Source of the DNA: Synergistales bacterium | Lineage (GTDB): Bacteria > Synergistota > Synergistia > Synergistales > 79-D21 | DNA length: 64,000 nt | NCBI GenBank assembly: GCA_036722335.1 | Contig: DAIMJI010000001.1 | Coordinates: 61,915-125,914, forward strand | Direction: 5' to 3' | Shown: positions 1-9,317 of the stretch, piece after piece | Numbering within the stretch: position 1 is the stretch's first letter | Layout: every line of letters starts with the position of its first letter | Translations under genes and position numbers: made by a program | The notes under the pieces: generated by a model | The model's input: only the letters and a program-made list of their open reading frames with translations | Databases searched by the model: none | Told to the model about the DNA's origin: nothing

Positions 1-153
1 TTCCTGGGGCCGGACCACGAGAAGCCCATGTTCCCTCCTCGTATTCGCCCCTGCAACCGTCGAGAAGCCATAGCTCCCGCGACCGTTAGAGACGAGGAAT
101 TCACGTCCGGCCCCTTTTTCGTAGGTGTTGACATCAACTTTCCCAAGGTACAT
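1..153 (-). CDS. Glycogen debranching enzyme family protein, N-terminal fragment (continues beyond window start)
   Basis: Absent from the ORF track because it runs off the edge. Manual minus-strand translation from ATG at 153 gives MYLGKVDVNTYEKGAGREFLVSNGRGSYGFSTVAGANTRREHGLLVVRPQE. The G.Y....V.G.NTRR.HGLL block matches the N-terminal signature I recall for bacterial/archaeal amylo-alpha-1,6-glucosidase (GDE_N). It overlaps the whiA 3' end by 20 nt. Confidence 0.55.
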   Translation of the reverse strand, partial: MYLGKVDVNTYEKGAGREFLVSNGRGSYGFSTVAGANTRREHGLLVVRPQE

Positions 154-1057
154 GGCAACCATCCCCCTTCATGGCGTTTTCCACAAGTCTCCCCAAACGG
201 CTCCACCTATATTCTACTGTACTTTTCGTGACAGGTTTCGAAAGAAGCTGGCCCAATTCACGGAGAGAAATGCTCGGATTATCCAGCCGGACCTGCACCA
301 TTTCCCTGAAAACGGCGGGCAACCTATCCAGGAGCCCGCAGGAACGCACCCTTTCCGCCAGTTCCACCTGCCTTTCAGCTGCATCAAGGCTTTTCCGGAT
401 ATTTGCCGAATCGCAGTTGACCAGCTTGTTTGCCCTGTTCCTCATCGAACGCATCACGGATCTTTCTTCCAGCAATAAACCGGTCCTGAACAACCCCAGT
501 CCTGTGAGGAAAGACACGATTTGTCCTTGATCGCGGATCAGGAGGTCGGTCTGGTTCAAGCGGAAACGTTCCGAAAACCGGACCCCGGATTGCCTGAGGA
601 GAGAGCGCGTCGTCTCCCTTACAAGGCTTTTTCTTTCCTCCATCCGAAGGACGAGGTGATATCCGGTCTGCGGGAGGTAGAGGGACCCTAGGACACCCCA
701 TACTCCCCTGAGCCAGGCCCAACGAGCCTTGGGATTCCTCTCGGGCATTTCACGGCTTGTGCGTAAGGCTTTCTCGAACAAACCCGCTCCCCCTGAAAGC
801 AACGGGCGGCCTTTAAGGTCTGGAGGGACTTTCAGGAATGACCCCAGATCCCCGAGATCCTTCCAGCTCCCGGCGTTCCAAAGGCGGTGAAGGCGCCTGA
901 AAACAAAAAAACGCCGAGTCGAAAGAAGAATCGTCTCCCCTTCAGTCTTTTCCTTCATCGACAGGAGGAGTGCGGCCGCCTCCAGGTCAGACTCTACAGA
1001 ACCTTCAAGGGGGCATTGGAGCCACTCGTCCCAAAGGGCCTCTGGAATCGATCTCAT
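134..1057 (-). CDS. whiA: DNA-binding protein WhiA
   Basis: 307-aa ORF with the C-terminal HTH block LRELGQLLSKPVTKSTVEYRWSRL. It lies in the conserved rapZ-yvcK-whiA arrangement. Confidence 0.9.
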   Translation of the reverse strand: MRSIPEALWDEWLQCPLEGSVESDLEAAALLLSMKEKTEGETILLSTRRFFVFRRLHRLWNAGSWKDLGDLGSFLKVPPDLKGRPLLSGGAGLFEKALRTSREMPERNPKARWAWLRGVWGVLGSLYLPQTGYHLVLRMEERKSLVRETTRSLLRQSGVRFSERFRLNQTDLLIRDQGQIVSFLTGLGLFRTGLLLEERSVMRSMRNRANKLVNCDSANIRKSLDAAERQVELAERVRSCGLLDRLPAVFREMVQVRLDNPSISLRELGQLLSKPVTKSTVEYRWSRLGRLVENAMKGDGCHVPWES

Positions 1058-2160
1058 CTGCCGAATTCTTTCGTATCCCGTGCAACCTTCATGATCGCTT
1101 CGGAAACCCGCTGGGCCTGGTGCCTGACGTGTCCTCCAGGGGTAATCTCAAGGAAGTCCCCGCGGATGACCTGGACATGTGCGCGGGTTAGCCTGTTTTC
1201 TTCCCTCTCATTGATGAGGACCGGTTCCGACCCCGCCTCCCCGTACTTGCTCAGGATTTCCCCCGGGACTTCCGTTTCGTTCACGAGGACGATATCGGGG
1301 TATTGACCCAGAACGTCCCTTATCCACTTGACATGGTCGTATACTGTGAAGCCTTCGGTCTCGCCCGGCTGTGTCATGACGTTTGCCACGTAAATCCTGG
1401 GAGCGTCCGCCTGACGAATCGCCTCGGAGACTCCAGGGACTAGAAGGTTCGGCAGGATGCTCGTGAAAAGGCTTCCGGGGCCAAGTACAATCGCTTCCGA
1501 ATCTGCGATCGCTTCGACCACTTCATTTAATGGCTTGGCATCCGCAGGCTCGAGCCGGACTTCCTTCAATTCCTTCCCATGCCTCGCAACTTCGAGTTCT
1601 CCTCGAAAATGGTTCCCCCTGGAATCCACTCCCGCTATAGTCACAGCTTCCGTCGTCACCGGGAGAACCCTTCCCCGGATTGCGAGCAGTTTGTTCATTT
1701 CTTCCACCGCAAGCCTGAAATCACCTGCCAGTTCAGTAACCGCCAGCAAAACGAGGTTGCCGAGGCTATGGCCTGCAAGATCCCCCTTGTCGAATCGAAA
1801 ATTCAGGATGCTGTTCAGAGCGCTGTCGTTCTCCGCAAGCGCGATGATACAGTTCCTGACATCGCCCGGGGGTAAGACTCCCCATTCGGTCCTCAGTCGT
1901 CCCGAACTTCCTCCTTCGTCCGTCACGGTGACGATTGCCGTGATGTTCCGGGTATACCCCTTCAGTCCCCTAAGGAGCGTCGACAGGCCTGTTCCGCCAC
2001 CCAGGGCGACAACACGGGGTCCTGTTGCCAGGCGGATGCCTATCGCGCTGGACATGATTTCCCTCAGGCCCCGTCGTTTCCTTCCCAAACGTTGCGTCCA
2101 GAGAAGCGCCCCGATCCCGCCCAGAAGGATACCCATACCGAAAGGCAGCAACCACTCCAT
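1054..2160 (-). CDS. yvcK: YvcK/CofD-family gluconeogenesis (cell-shape) factor
   Basis: Carries the LGGGTGLSTLLRGLK motif of the UPF0052/CofD family. I moved the start to ATG 2160 (MEWLLPFGMGILLGG, a TM helix), 2 nt after the rapZ stop. The track start at 2244 would overlap rapZ. Confidence 0.9.
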   Translation of the reverse strand: MEWLLPFGMGILLGGIGALLWTQRLGRKRRGLREIMSSAIGIRLATGPRVVALGGGTGLSTLLRGLKGYTRNITAIVTVTDEGGSSGRLRTEWGVLPPGDVRNCIIALAENDSALNSILNFRFDKGDLAGHSLGNLVLLAVTELAGDFRLAVEEMNKLLAIRGRVLPVTTEAVTIAGVDSRGNHFRGELEVARHGKELKEVRLEPADAKPLNEVVEAIADSEAIVLGPGSLFTSILPNLLVPGVSEAIRQADAPRIYVANVMTQPGETEGFTVYDHVKWIRDVLGQYPDIVLVNETEVPGEILSKYGEAGSEPVLINEREENRLTRAHVQVIRGDFLEITPGGHVRHQAQRVSEAIMKVARDTKEFGR

Positions 2161-2162
2161 CT

Positions 2163-3056
2163 TTACCACACCTGCTCCTTGTCGATATCTCGATGCCTGA
2201 TGACACAGGCATGGCCGGATCGGCCAAGATGCTCGGCAAACCACTCGGCCACCGCCACGGACCTGTGCCTCCCGCCCGTGCAGCCGACCGCGATATGGAT
2301 CTGTGTCTTTCCAGTCCCCTCGTAAAGGGGAATGATAAACTCGAAAAGATCCTTCTGTTTCCTGAGGAATTCCTTTGCGTCAGGCAAAGCTTTCAGGATG
2401 AATTCGACAACCTCCGGATCTCGCCCGCTCAAACCCCTTAACCCCGGCTCGTAATACGGGTTAACTAGGAAACGGACATCCACGAGGTAATCGCAGTCCT
2501 GCGGAATCCCGTGCTTGTACCCGAAAGAGGTCAGGAAGACGGTCAATCTGCCGGGTGGAGTTCCAAGGCTTTCCAGCATTCGCCCCCTCAACTCCGATAG
2601 GTTAAGTCCCGTCGTATCCAAAACGATGTCGGCCGCTTCCTTTAGGGGTGCCAGGCTCTCCCTTTCCCTCTGGATGCCCTCAAGGACCGAAAGGTCGGGG
2701 CCTAGAGGATGTCGCCTCCGAGTGCTTTCAAAACGCCTGATAAGAGCCGCGTCCGAGGCATCGATAAAAATAAGGGCAACACTGGCCAGGCGTCGCTTCA
2801 GGCTTTCCATTACAGCCTCGAGATCCCTCAGGAGATCGTCACCCCGAATATCGACAACGGCCACGACTCCATGGAGCACCGCTGCCCTGTGCCTTCCAAG
2901 GACTTCAACTAATTGAGGCAAAAGCGAGGGCGGGATATTGTCGATGGCGAAAAAACCCTGGTCTTCAAGGATGTGCAGGGCCGTAGATTTTCCCCCGCCA
3001 GACATCCCGGTTATGATCACGATCTTTTCCACACCAGCGTTTCCTGTTCCAGACAT
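2163..3056 (-). CDS. rapZ: RNase adapter / nucleotide-binding protein RapZ (YvcJ)
   Basis: Has Walker A GMSGGGKST and the C-terminal GCTGGRHRSV motif. The internal ATG at 3056 (MSGTGNAG) is preferred over the track start at 3104, which overlaps the upstream gene. Confidence 0.9.
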   Translation of the reverse strand: MSGTGNAGVEKIVIITGMSGGGKSTALHILEDQGFFAIDNIPPSLLPQLVEVLGRHRAAVLHGVVAVVDIRGDDLLRDLEAVMESLKRRLASVALIFIDASDAALIRRFESTRRRHPLGPDLSVLEGIQRERESLAPLKEAADIVLDTTGLNLSELRGRMLESLGTPPGRLTVFLTSFGYKHGIPQDCDYLVDVRFLVNPYYEPGLRGLSGRDPEVVEFILKALPDAKEFLRKQKDLFEFIIPLYEGTGKTQIHIAVGCTGGRHRSVAVAEWFAEHLGRSGHACVIRHRDIDKEQVW

Positions 3057-3066
3057 TTCTTTCCCC

Positions 3067-3906
3067 TTATCCGTGCGAGTGCGCGTGTCCCCGGTGCCCC
3101 GCACACTCGCCTTCCCACCCGTTCAGGATTTCGACGGCATGGCGAAGGACCCCCGCGATGGACTCGAAACATTGCCGGGCTCCCCTCTCACTTCCAGGGA
3201 AAGCGATCACCAGGCACTTCCCTCTCGTTACGGCTAACCCGCGACTCAAGATTGACCTGTCCAGCAAGGGTTCGGTCTTCCTTCGCATGGCCTCGCCAAG
3301 ACCCGGCACGATCCTGTCCGCCACGTCATTCAAAGCCTCCGGGGTCACGTCACGGTTCGAAAGACCGGTTCCCCCCGTCACCAGGGCCAAATGCAGGCCT
3401 TCCTCATCCGCCCAACCCCTGACCATTTCAGCAATCGCCGAACGGTCATCCGGAATGATGTCCCGTTTTACGACAACGGCCCCCAAAGGCTTCACCAACT
3501 CCACAAGAGCCGGCCCGGCAGTATCCTTTCTTTCTCCCCTGCTTCCCTTGTCGCTCACGGTCAGGACCCCGACCCTCATAGGCCTGAGTAATGAGGCCTG
3601 TTGCGAAAGGGCAACGAATCCCCCTCTTACGGGGACAAGCCGGAAAGTCCGCTCCCCTCGAGTCTCGACTGAAAAAACCGGCCCATCTGGACCAATTGAT
3701 ATAAAAGTCCCTGGTTCCATGGAACAGTCCATTGAAAAGACGAATTCCCATTGACCCTCTTGCGGGCTTTCGGTTTCACCCGGGCCCGAGGCTGTGATTT
3801 CGGCTGGTTTTCCGTTGACCAGCCATTCGCCTTTCTTGCCGGAGTGCAGGTAAGCCATCGGAAGATCCGAAAGGCTTGAGCCATCCAGGATCCGGATGAT
3901 CCTCAT
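3067..3906 (-). CDS. MogA/MoaB-domain molybdenum cofactor biosynthesis protein with about 110-aa N-terminal extension
   Basis: The C-terminal roughly 165 aa (MRVGVLTVSDKGSRGERKDTAGP...LVTGGTGLSNRDVTPEA) are a MoaB/MogA MoCF_biosynth domain. The N-terminal part is unassigned and may be a MOSC-like beta-barrel. The tail is His-rich (HRGHAHSHG). The start overlaps the moaC stop as ATGA. Confidence 0.75.
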   Translation of the reverse strand: MRIIRILDGSSLSDLPMAYLHSGKKGEWLVNGKPAEITASGPGETESPQEGQWEFVFSMDCSMEPGTFISIGPDGPVFSVETRGERTFRLVPVRGGFVALSQQASLLRPMRVGVLTVSDKGSRGERKDTAGPALVELVKPLGAVVVKRDIIPDDRSAIAEMVRGWADEEGLHLALVTGGTGLSNRDVTPEALNDVADRIVPGLGEAMRRKTEPLLDRSILSRGLAVTRGKCLVIAFPGSERGARQCFESIAGVLRHAVEILNGWEGECAGHRGHAHSHG

Positions 3907-4394
3907 CGTCCCTCTCCTCCCTCAGCCCTGTATTCCCCGCTTTTTCCACCTTTTTTCATGATAAGCCGGACGGTCCCTATTTCCATTCCCTTGTCAATTG
4001 CCTTGCACATATCGTAAATCGTCAGCGCAGCAACGGAAACACCGGTAAGGGCTTCCATTTCGACTCCTGTCACCTCACGAGCCTTGACTTTGCATTCTAT
4101 CCTTACCGCCGATTTTTCAGGCACCAGTTCACATATCACGAAAGCGTTGTCAAGCCGAATGCCATGGCAAAGAGGAATCAGCCGGGCAGTCTCCTTGGTC
4201 GCCTGGATCCCTGCCAGCTCCGCTATTCGAAGGACATCCCCCTTCTTCACGGAATTCTCGGAAACCGCTTTGTAAACCTGGACCGGCAGGAGAACCCATC
4301 CCTCGGCAACCGCTTCCCTTTGGCTTTCATGCTTACCTGAGACATCGACCATCACCGGATGTCCATCCCGGTCGATGTGGGTAAAATCGGGCAT
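3903..4394 (-). CDS. moaC: Cyclic pyranopterin monophosphate synthase MoaC
   Basis: 163 aa with the TKETARLIPLCHGI and TGVEMEALTGVSVAALTIYDMCKA blocks typical of MoaC. Confidence 0.92.
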   Translation of the reverse strand: MPDFTHIDRDGHPVMVDVSGKHESQREAVAEGWVLLPVQVYKAVSENSVKKGDVLRIAELAGIQATKETARLIPLCHGIRLDNAFVICELVPEKSAVRIECKVKAREVTGVEMEALTGVSVAALTIYDMCKAIDKGMEIGTVRLIMKKGGKSGEYRAEGGEGR

Positions 4395-4397
4395 ATC

Positions 4398-5390
4398 TCA
4401 TCCTCCTAACTGGGACATGTGCTGTGGAGACAGCACGACGTCCTTCCAACATCTCGGCTTTCTCCCCGCTTCCGCGATGATGAGCCTGCGTGCGGCACCG
4501 AGATCCTTTTTTCTGAGCGCTTCCCGCAGGGAAACACCTTCGGCGCTGAAAAGGCAGCTTCTCAACTCTCCCGCGGCGGTTACCCTCAAACGGTTGCAGT
4601 TCTCGCAAAAATGATGCGAAACAGCCGCTATGATCCCAAGCCTTTGGCCCGTTTCAACATTCACGAGGTAACGCGCCGGCCCCTCAGGTATCCCATGGTT
4701 GGGATTGCGCCTGCCCGATGTTTCCGGGATCCATTTTTCCCTGTCCGGCAACCGGTCGACTATCTCGTCGGCCGAGATGAAGCGATTCCTGTTCCAGACC
4801 GATTCGTCAAGGGGCATGAATTCGATGAGCCTCAAGACCGCGTTGCAGGATCCCGCAAACCTTAACAGCTCTGTAATCTCGTCGTCATTGAAATCCCTGA
4901 TGAGGACGGTGTTGATCTTGAGGGGGACACCGGACGCAGCCCTAAGCGCGCGGATCCCCTCCAGGACTTCTTCCAGGCTGCCTCGTCTCGTGAGGGAACG
5001 GAACTTTTCCGGGTTCATCGTGTCGAGGCTGACGTTGATTCCAGACAGCGGAATCTTTGAGAGCTCCTCCGCCGTCTGGAGGAGAAGTGAACCATTCGTG
5101 GTAAGGGCAACGTGAAGATCAGGAAGTTTCTCCACAAGAAGTCTTAAAAAACCGAGCAGCCCTTTTCTTACCATCGGCTCTCCGCCGGTTATCCTGACCT
5201 TCCTGACGCCGAGCTCATGCAACACAAGGCAAAGATCCATGATTTCCTCGTAGCTCAGGATTTCCTCGTGTCCCATGCAAGGGATTCCCTCTTCCGGCAT
5301 GCAATACTGGCATCGATAATTGCATCGGTCTGTGATGGAAATCCTCACATAATCAAGTGTTCGGGCAAAAGAACCCTTCAGTTCGGCCAT
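4398..5390 (-). CDS. moaA: GTP 3',8-cyclase MoaA (radical SAM)
   Basis: Has the YVRISITDRCNYRCQYCMP radical-SAM cluster motif and the C-terminal CENCNRLRVTAAG second cluster. Start taken at ATG 5390 (MAELKGSF); the track start at 5426 is also possible. Confidence 0.9.
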   Translation of the reverse strand: MAELKGSFARTLDYVRISITDRCNYRCQYCMPEEGIPCMGHEEILSYEEIMDLCLVLHELGVRKVRITGGEPMVRKGLLGFLRLLVEKLPDLHVALTTNGSLLLQTAEELSKIPLSGINVSLDTMNPEKFRSLTRRGSLEEVLEGIRALRAASGVPLKINTVLIRDFNDDEITELLRFAGSCNAVLRLIEFMPLDESVWNRNRFISADEIVDRLPDREKWIPETSGRRNPNHGIPEGPARYLVNVETGQRLGIIAAVSHHFCENCNRLRVTAAGELRSCLFSAEGVSLREALRKKDLGAARRLIIAEAGRKPRCWKDVVLSPQHMSQLGG

Positions 5391-7303
5391 TTGTACCCAC
5401 CCATTGTTTCCACTGCTTTCCTCCACGCCGGGTCATCGACGGCTTCAAGGACAGCCTCGATTCCAGGATGAGCGAGAAATTTTTCAGGGATGACCAGTTC
5501 AAAAGGTTCCCATGCCATCGTCACGAAATCCAGCCCAAAGGCATCCGCTGCAGCCCTGATTCCAAGCGCCGTGTCTACAATGCCCGACGCGACCCTGCTC
5601 GCCGCATCCAGATGGGTGATGGCCTGCCCTGAGTAACCAGCGATCCTGGAACGGTCAATGCCCGCTTCCCCGATGAACCAATCCAAAAGGACCCTGGTTC
5701 CTGCCCCGGGTTGGCGGTTCACGATACGAATGCCTTTTTCAACGAGGTCATGAATCCCGGCAAGCCCCTTGGGGTTTCCCCTGGCGACAAGGAATCCCTG
5801 CTCCCTGTAATAGAGAAGGTAGCGGACCCATTTCTCACCGTTTGCCAGTTCCTGTATAAAGGGCTCGTTATACCGGCCTGTTTTCCCGTCGAGGAGATGG
5901 CAGGCAGCCAGGTGCCCCTCTCCCCGGGCAAGGGCAGCGAGCCCCCCCAGGCTCCCGACAGCCCGTATCGAAAGGTCAGCACCTCTTTGGCGGACAGGCG
6001 TCACGATTCTTGAAAAAGCCGGGTCGTCTGAACCTTGGAAGAGGGCTCTTCCCCTCCAGTTGACCTTGCGGGTAAACCACACCGTCAGCCCTGTTCCTTT
6101 AGGGCATTCGACCGTTTCCGGAGGCAAAAGGCAATAGCCGTCTGCCTCATGCATTGCCCACATCGTCGAAGCGCCCGAGGAGAGAGGCCACGTTACCTTT
6201 TTCCCTTCTATTTCGGCGGCCTTCACCCGGAGCCACTCCTCTACCCCGGGCGGCGAAGAGTGCGGGAGCATCAGTTCACATTCCACCACCTCGGAAGCAC
6301 CCACGGCCTGGCGCACCAGGGAATCGTCGTCCGCTTCGAGAAGTGTTCCCGACATGGCATTGACTGCCGGATAAGCCAGGCTCCACACCGCGACTGTAGT
6401 CGACATGGGAAAGCCCGGTATCCCCAGCACGAGGGCCCCCTTGACCTTTCCCAGCATCGCTGGTCTTCCCGGCTTCATCCTCAGCCACCTGAAAAGGAGC
6501 TTGCCCTGCGAGGCAATGACTTCCGCGGTGTGGTCCTTTTTGCCTTTTGCCGTTCCCGCGCCTATCAGGACAAGATCGTACCGTCCGGCTGTCGCGTCGA
6601 GTGTCTTTTCAATCAATTCCGCAGAGTCCGGAAGAATGGGGTGAATATCCAGGGCAATCCCCCACCCCCTGAAGATCCCTTTCAGGAGTGCTGAGTTGCT
6701 CTCCGGCACTTTGCCGCTCACAGCTTCGCCAGTTTCCAGCCACTCCTCCATGGGGCAGATTTCGTCCCCGGTAGGGATAAAAAGGCATTTCGGTTTTTTG
6801 AAAACAGGGACAGCTCCAACTCCAGCGCTCAGCAAAAGGGCGACAAGGGCAGGCCCTACCCGTTCTCCCTTGCGTGCGAGGATCTGTCCTTTCATGACAT
6901 CCTCACCTACGGGCCTGACGTTCGCTCCGGGGGGCAGGCCCCTGGAAAGAAGCACCTCCCCGTTTTCAGTGAGAGCCGTATCCTCCACCATGGCGACCGC
7001 ATCCGCCCAGTCCGGCAGAGGACCTCCCGTATTCACCCACAGGCACCTGTCCCGTCCCATCCTTACAATTGTCGCAGGCGTAGCCCCGCTCGTTTCTCCC
7101 GAAACGACCGCATACCCGTCAACTGCCGAAGCCACGTAGTGAGGCACGTTCCGGTTCGACAGCACATCTTCCGCCAGGAGCAGTTCCAGCGCCTGCTCGG
7201 TGGGAACCAACAGGGGCTTGGGATAGCCGAGTTCCGTGACCGCCTCGAGTATCAGCTTTCTTGCTTCCAGGGTGGATACATGTTCTTTGGCCTGATTCAC
7301 CAT
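5378..7303 (-). CDS. moeA: Molybdopterin molybdenumtransferase MoeA fused to a C-terminal periplasmic-binding-protein-like (molybdate/tungstate-binding type) domain
   Basis: The N-terminal roughly 400 aa have the MoeA fold (PHYVASAVDGYAV, IPTGDE, LIGAGTAKGKKDH). The C-terminal roughly 230 aa (FQGSDDPAF...GSLGGLAALARGEGHLAACHLLD...NRQPGAGTRVLLD) resemble the PBP-like domain known to be fused to MoeA. Confidence 0.85.
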   Translation of the reverse strand: MVNQAKEHVSTLEARKLILEAVTELGYPKPLLVPTEQALELLLAEDVLSNRNVPHYVASAVDGYAVVSGETSGATPATIVRMGRDRCLWVNTGGPLPDWADAVAMVEDTALTENGEVLLSRGLPPGANVRPVGEDVMKGQILARKGERVGPALVALLLSAGVGAVPVFKKPKCLFIPTGDEICPMEEWLETGEAVSGKVPESNSALLKGIFRGWGIALDIHPILPDSAELIEKTLDATAGRYDLVLIGAGTAKGKKDHTAEVIASQGKLLFRWLRMKPGRPAMLGKVKGALVLGIPGFPMSTTVAVWSLAYPAVNAMSGTLLEADDDSLVRQAVGASEVVECELMLPHSSPPGVEEWLRVKAAEIEGKKVTWPLSSGASTMWAMHEADGYCLLPPETVECPKGTGLTVWFTRKVNWRGRALFQGSDDPAFSRIVTPVRQRGADLSIRAVGSLGGLAALARGEGHLAACHLLDGKTGRYNEPFIQELANGEKWVRYLLYYREQGFLVARGNPKGLAGIHDLVEKGIRIVNRQPGAGTRVLLDWFIGEAGIDRSRIAGYSGQAITHLDAASRVASGIVDTALGIRAAADAFGLDFVTMAWEPFELVIPEKFLAHPGIEAVLEAVDDPAWRKAVETMGGYKWPN

Positions 7304-8526
7304 TCCAATACCTCCACGGTTTCTCCCTTGCGCCGTGTTTCTTCATTCTGCGGGAGTCTCACGAGCCCGACAGCCTCCCGCAGGATCGATACATATCCCG
7401 ATTTCCCCGGCAAAGGCACGGCTTTCCCTTCCGAGACGAGTACCGGGATGAATTCCTCCACGCCAGTCCTGCCGAAAATATCGCGGGCCAATGGAAAGCG
7501 GTGGCTCTTCAAGGGAGTTCCCCTTGTCCCTGCCAAGGCGTAAAGAAGGGGCAAGAGCACGGTAAGGGCCACAATCGAGCAGGAAAGTGGGTGTCCCGGC
7601 AACCCGACGACCAGTCTCCTCTCGGGTAGGCAACCGGCGATGAGCACGGGTTTTCCTGGGCTCATGTTGATTCCTCTGACCAGCAACCCCGGTGAGGGCA
7701 GTCCTTCCAGTATCTCTGAACAATAATCCCTTACGCTGACGGAAGATCCACCGCTAATGAGAAGGACCTCATGCCTCACCAGTCCCTCCCGCACAGCCTT
7801 CTCGAGGTCGTCTTTTCGATCCGGCGCAATCCCGAGGCGGGACGAGGAAAAACCATGCTCAGAAAGCAGGTATTCGAGGAACCAGGAGTTCGCGTCCCGG
7901 ATCTTGCCGGACGGTAGTTTCCTTGTCTCAGCCGGTACGATCTCGTCCCCTGTCGAGAGAATGCCTATCCTAAGGTTCATCAGGTCCGCCTCGCAAATTC
8001 CGAGGGTCGCCAGAATCCCGACATTCCTTTGGTCAAGCCTCTCCCCGGTTTCCAGGATCATTTGTCCCTTGCCAATCTCTTCTCCCTTGAAGATCACGTT
8101 CTCTCCGGACTGCAGCGATTTCCTGACTTCAAGCCAATCTCCCGCCTTAAGCGTGTCTTCCAGCATCACAACCGCATCGGAGCCCTCCGGAATCATCCCT
8201 CCGGTATGAACTCCCAGGCATTCCCCTTCGTTTACGCATGCGTCCGAAGGTTCCCCCATGAGGACTTCTCCCTTGATCCGGAGAAAGACCGGAGCGCTGT
8301 CGGAAGCTCCCGCGATATCCTGGGACCTCAGCGCATACCCGTCACGGGTACTGCGTGAAAAAGGCGGGTAATCCGAAAGGGAAGAAAGGGGGACCCCGAT
8401 TCTCCTTCCGAAAGACTCTCCAAGGGTTTTCGTTTGTGTTTCCAGCCGCCAGGGGAATCCAAGGGTTTTCGAAACATAATCCAGTGCCTCGGTTCTCCCC
8501 GCGAGCTCCCTTACAAAACCTGACAT
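7297..8526 (-). CDS. moeA: Molybdopterin molybdenumtransferase MoeA (second paralog)
   Basis: 409 aa with FSRSTRDGYALRS, VHTGGMIPEG, ILSTGDE and LISGGSSVSVRDY motifs of MoeA. Confidence 0.88.
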   Translation of the reverse strand: MSGFVRELAGRTEALDYVSKTLGFPWRLETQTKTLGESFGRRIGVPLSSLSDYPPFSRSTRDGYALRSQDIAGASDSAPVFLRIKGEVLMGEPSDACVNEGECLGVHTGGMIPEGSDAVVMLEDTLKAGDWLEVRKSLQSGENVIFKGEEIGKGQMILETGERLDQRNVGILATLGICEADLMNLRIGILSTGDEIVPAETRKLPSGKIRDANSWFLEYLLSEHGFSSSRLGIAPDRKDDLEKAVREGLVRHEVLLISGGSSVSVRDYCSEILEGLPSPGLLVRGINMSPGKPVLIAGCLPERRLVVGLPGHPLSCSIVALTVLLPLLYALAGTRGTPLKSHRFPLARDIFGRTGVEEFIPVLVSEGKAVPLPGKSGYVSILREAVGLVRLPQNEETRRKGETVEVLEW

Positions 8527-8552
8527 TCCGGTCCCTTCCCTCTCTATGTTGT

Positions 8553-9317
8553 TCAGGGCAACTTGACGACCAGCACGGGATACCCCTTCTCAATCAATTT
8601 TTTCGCAAGCGTGTCCGCGGATTCCCTATCCTCACCCGCCCTGACGAGGACTTTTGACAGGACCGATTCTCCGGCCCTTGCATCCACAAGAAACGCCGAG
8701 TAGCCCTCCTGCCTCAATTTTTGCAGGAGGCTTTCGGCATTTGCCCGGTCTTTGAACGCGCCTACCTGCACGTTCCATTGGACTTTCCCCGAGGATTGGA
8801 TCTCAGCCCTGGACTGGGCCGTCACCGTTTTTTGAGGCTGGCTAGCTCCCGGCTTGGCCGATGGCGAGGGATCAACCGCCTTCTCTCCCGTTTTCGCTGT
8901 TTCCGTCCTGGGCTTCGCTGTTTCCACCTTGGGTTTAACGGCTTCGGCCTTGGGTGGTTGATTCGGCTCGGCGGGCGTGCTCCCTTCCGGGACTGCGATG
9001 ACTTGTGCATCGGTGCTCGCAGCCATTTCATCCGGTGTTTCGGCAGCGGGTGCGGTTACCTGGACTGGTTCGTCAACTTTCTCCTGCGCCATATTCCCGG
9101 GTGAAGGAAAGAAAAACATCCTGACGCCGAGGACAAGTATCCCCACCGCGACAAGGCCGACGATCGGAAGCATGAAATGACCGAAGCCAAAACTTGGCTT
9201 CCGGCCTCGGCTTCGCCGACTCCTCCTTGATGGAAGGCGCCGTTGAGGGCGCGAGCGCTCTCCCATGGGATCTTCTCCCTCTTCCTCCAGCTCCCATTCG
9301 TCGGGTTCAGATCGCAT
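8553..9317 (-). CDS. SPOR domain-containing membrane protein
   Basis: One TM helix (FMLPIVGLVAVGILVLGV), a low-complexity P/A/K/T linker, and a C-terminal SPOR domain (WNVQVGAFKDRANAESLLQKLRQEGYSAFLV). The ATG at 9317 has a strong SD (AAGGAGGAAGGAAA) 7 nt upstream. Confidence 0.72.
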   Translation of the reverse strand: MRSEPDEWELEEEGEDPMGERSRPQRRLPSRRSRRSRGRKPSFGFGHFMLPIVGLVAVGILVLGVRMFFFPSPGNMAQEKVDEPVQVTAPAAETPDEMAASTDAQVIAVPEGSTPAEPNQPPKAEAVKPKVETAKPRTETAKTGEKAVDPSPSAKPGASQPQKTVTAQSRAEIQSSGKVQWNVQVGAFKDRANAESLLQKLRQEGYSAFLVDARAGESVLSKVLVRAGEDRESADTLAKKLIEKGYPVLVVKLP

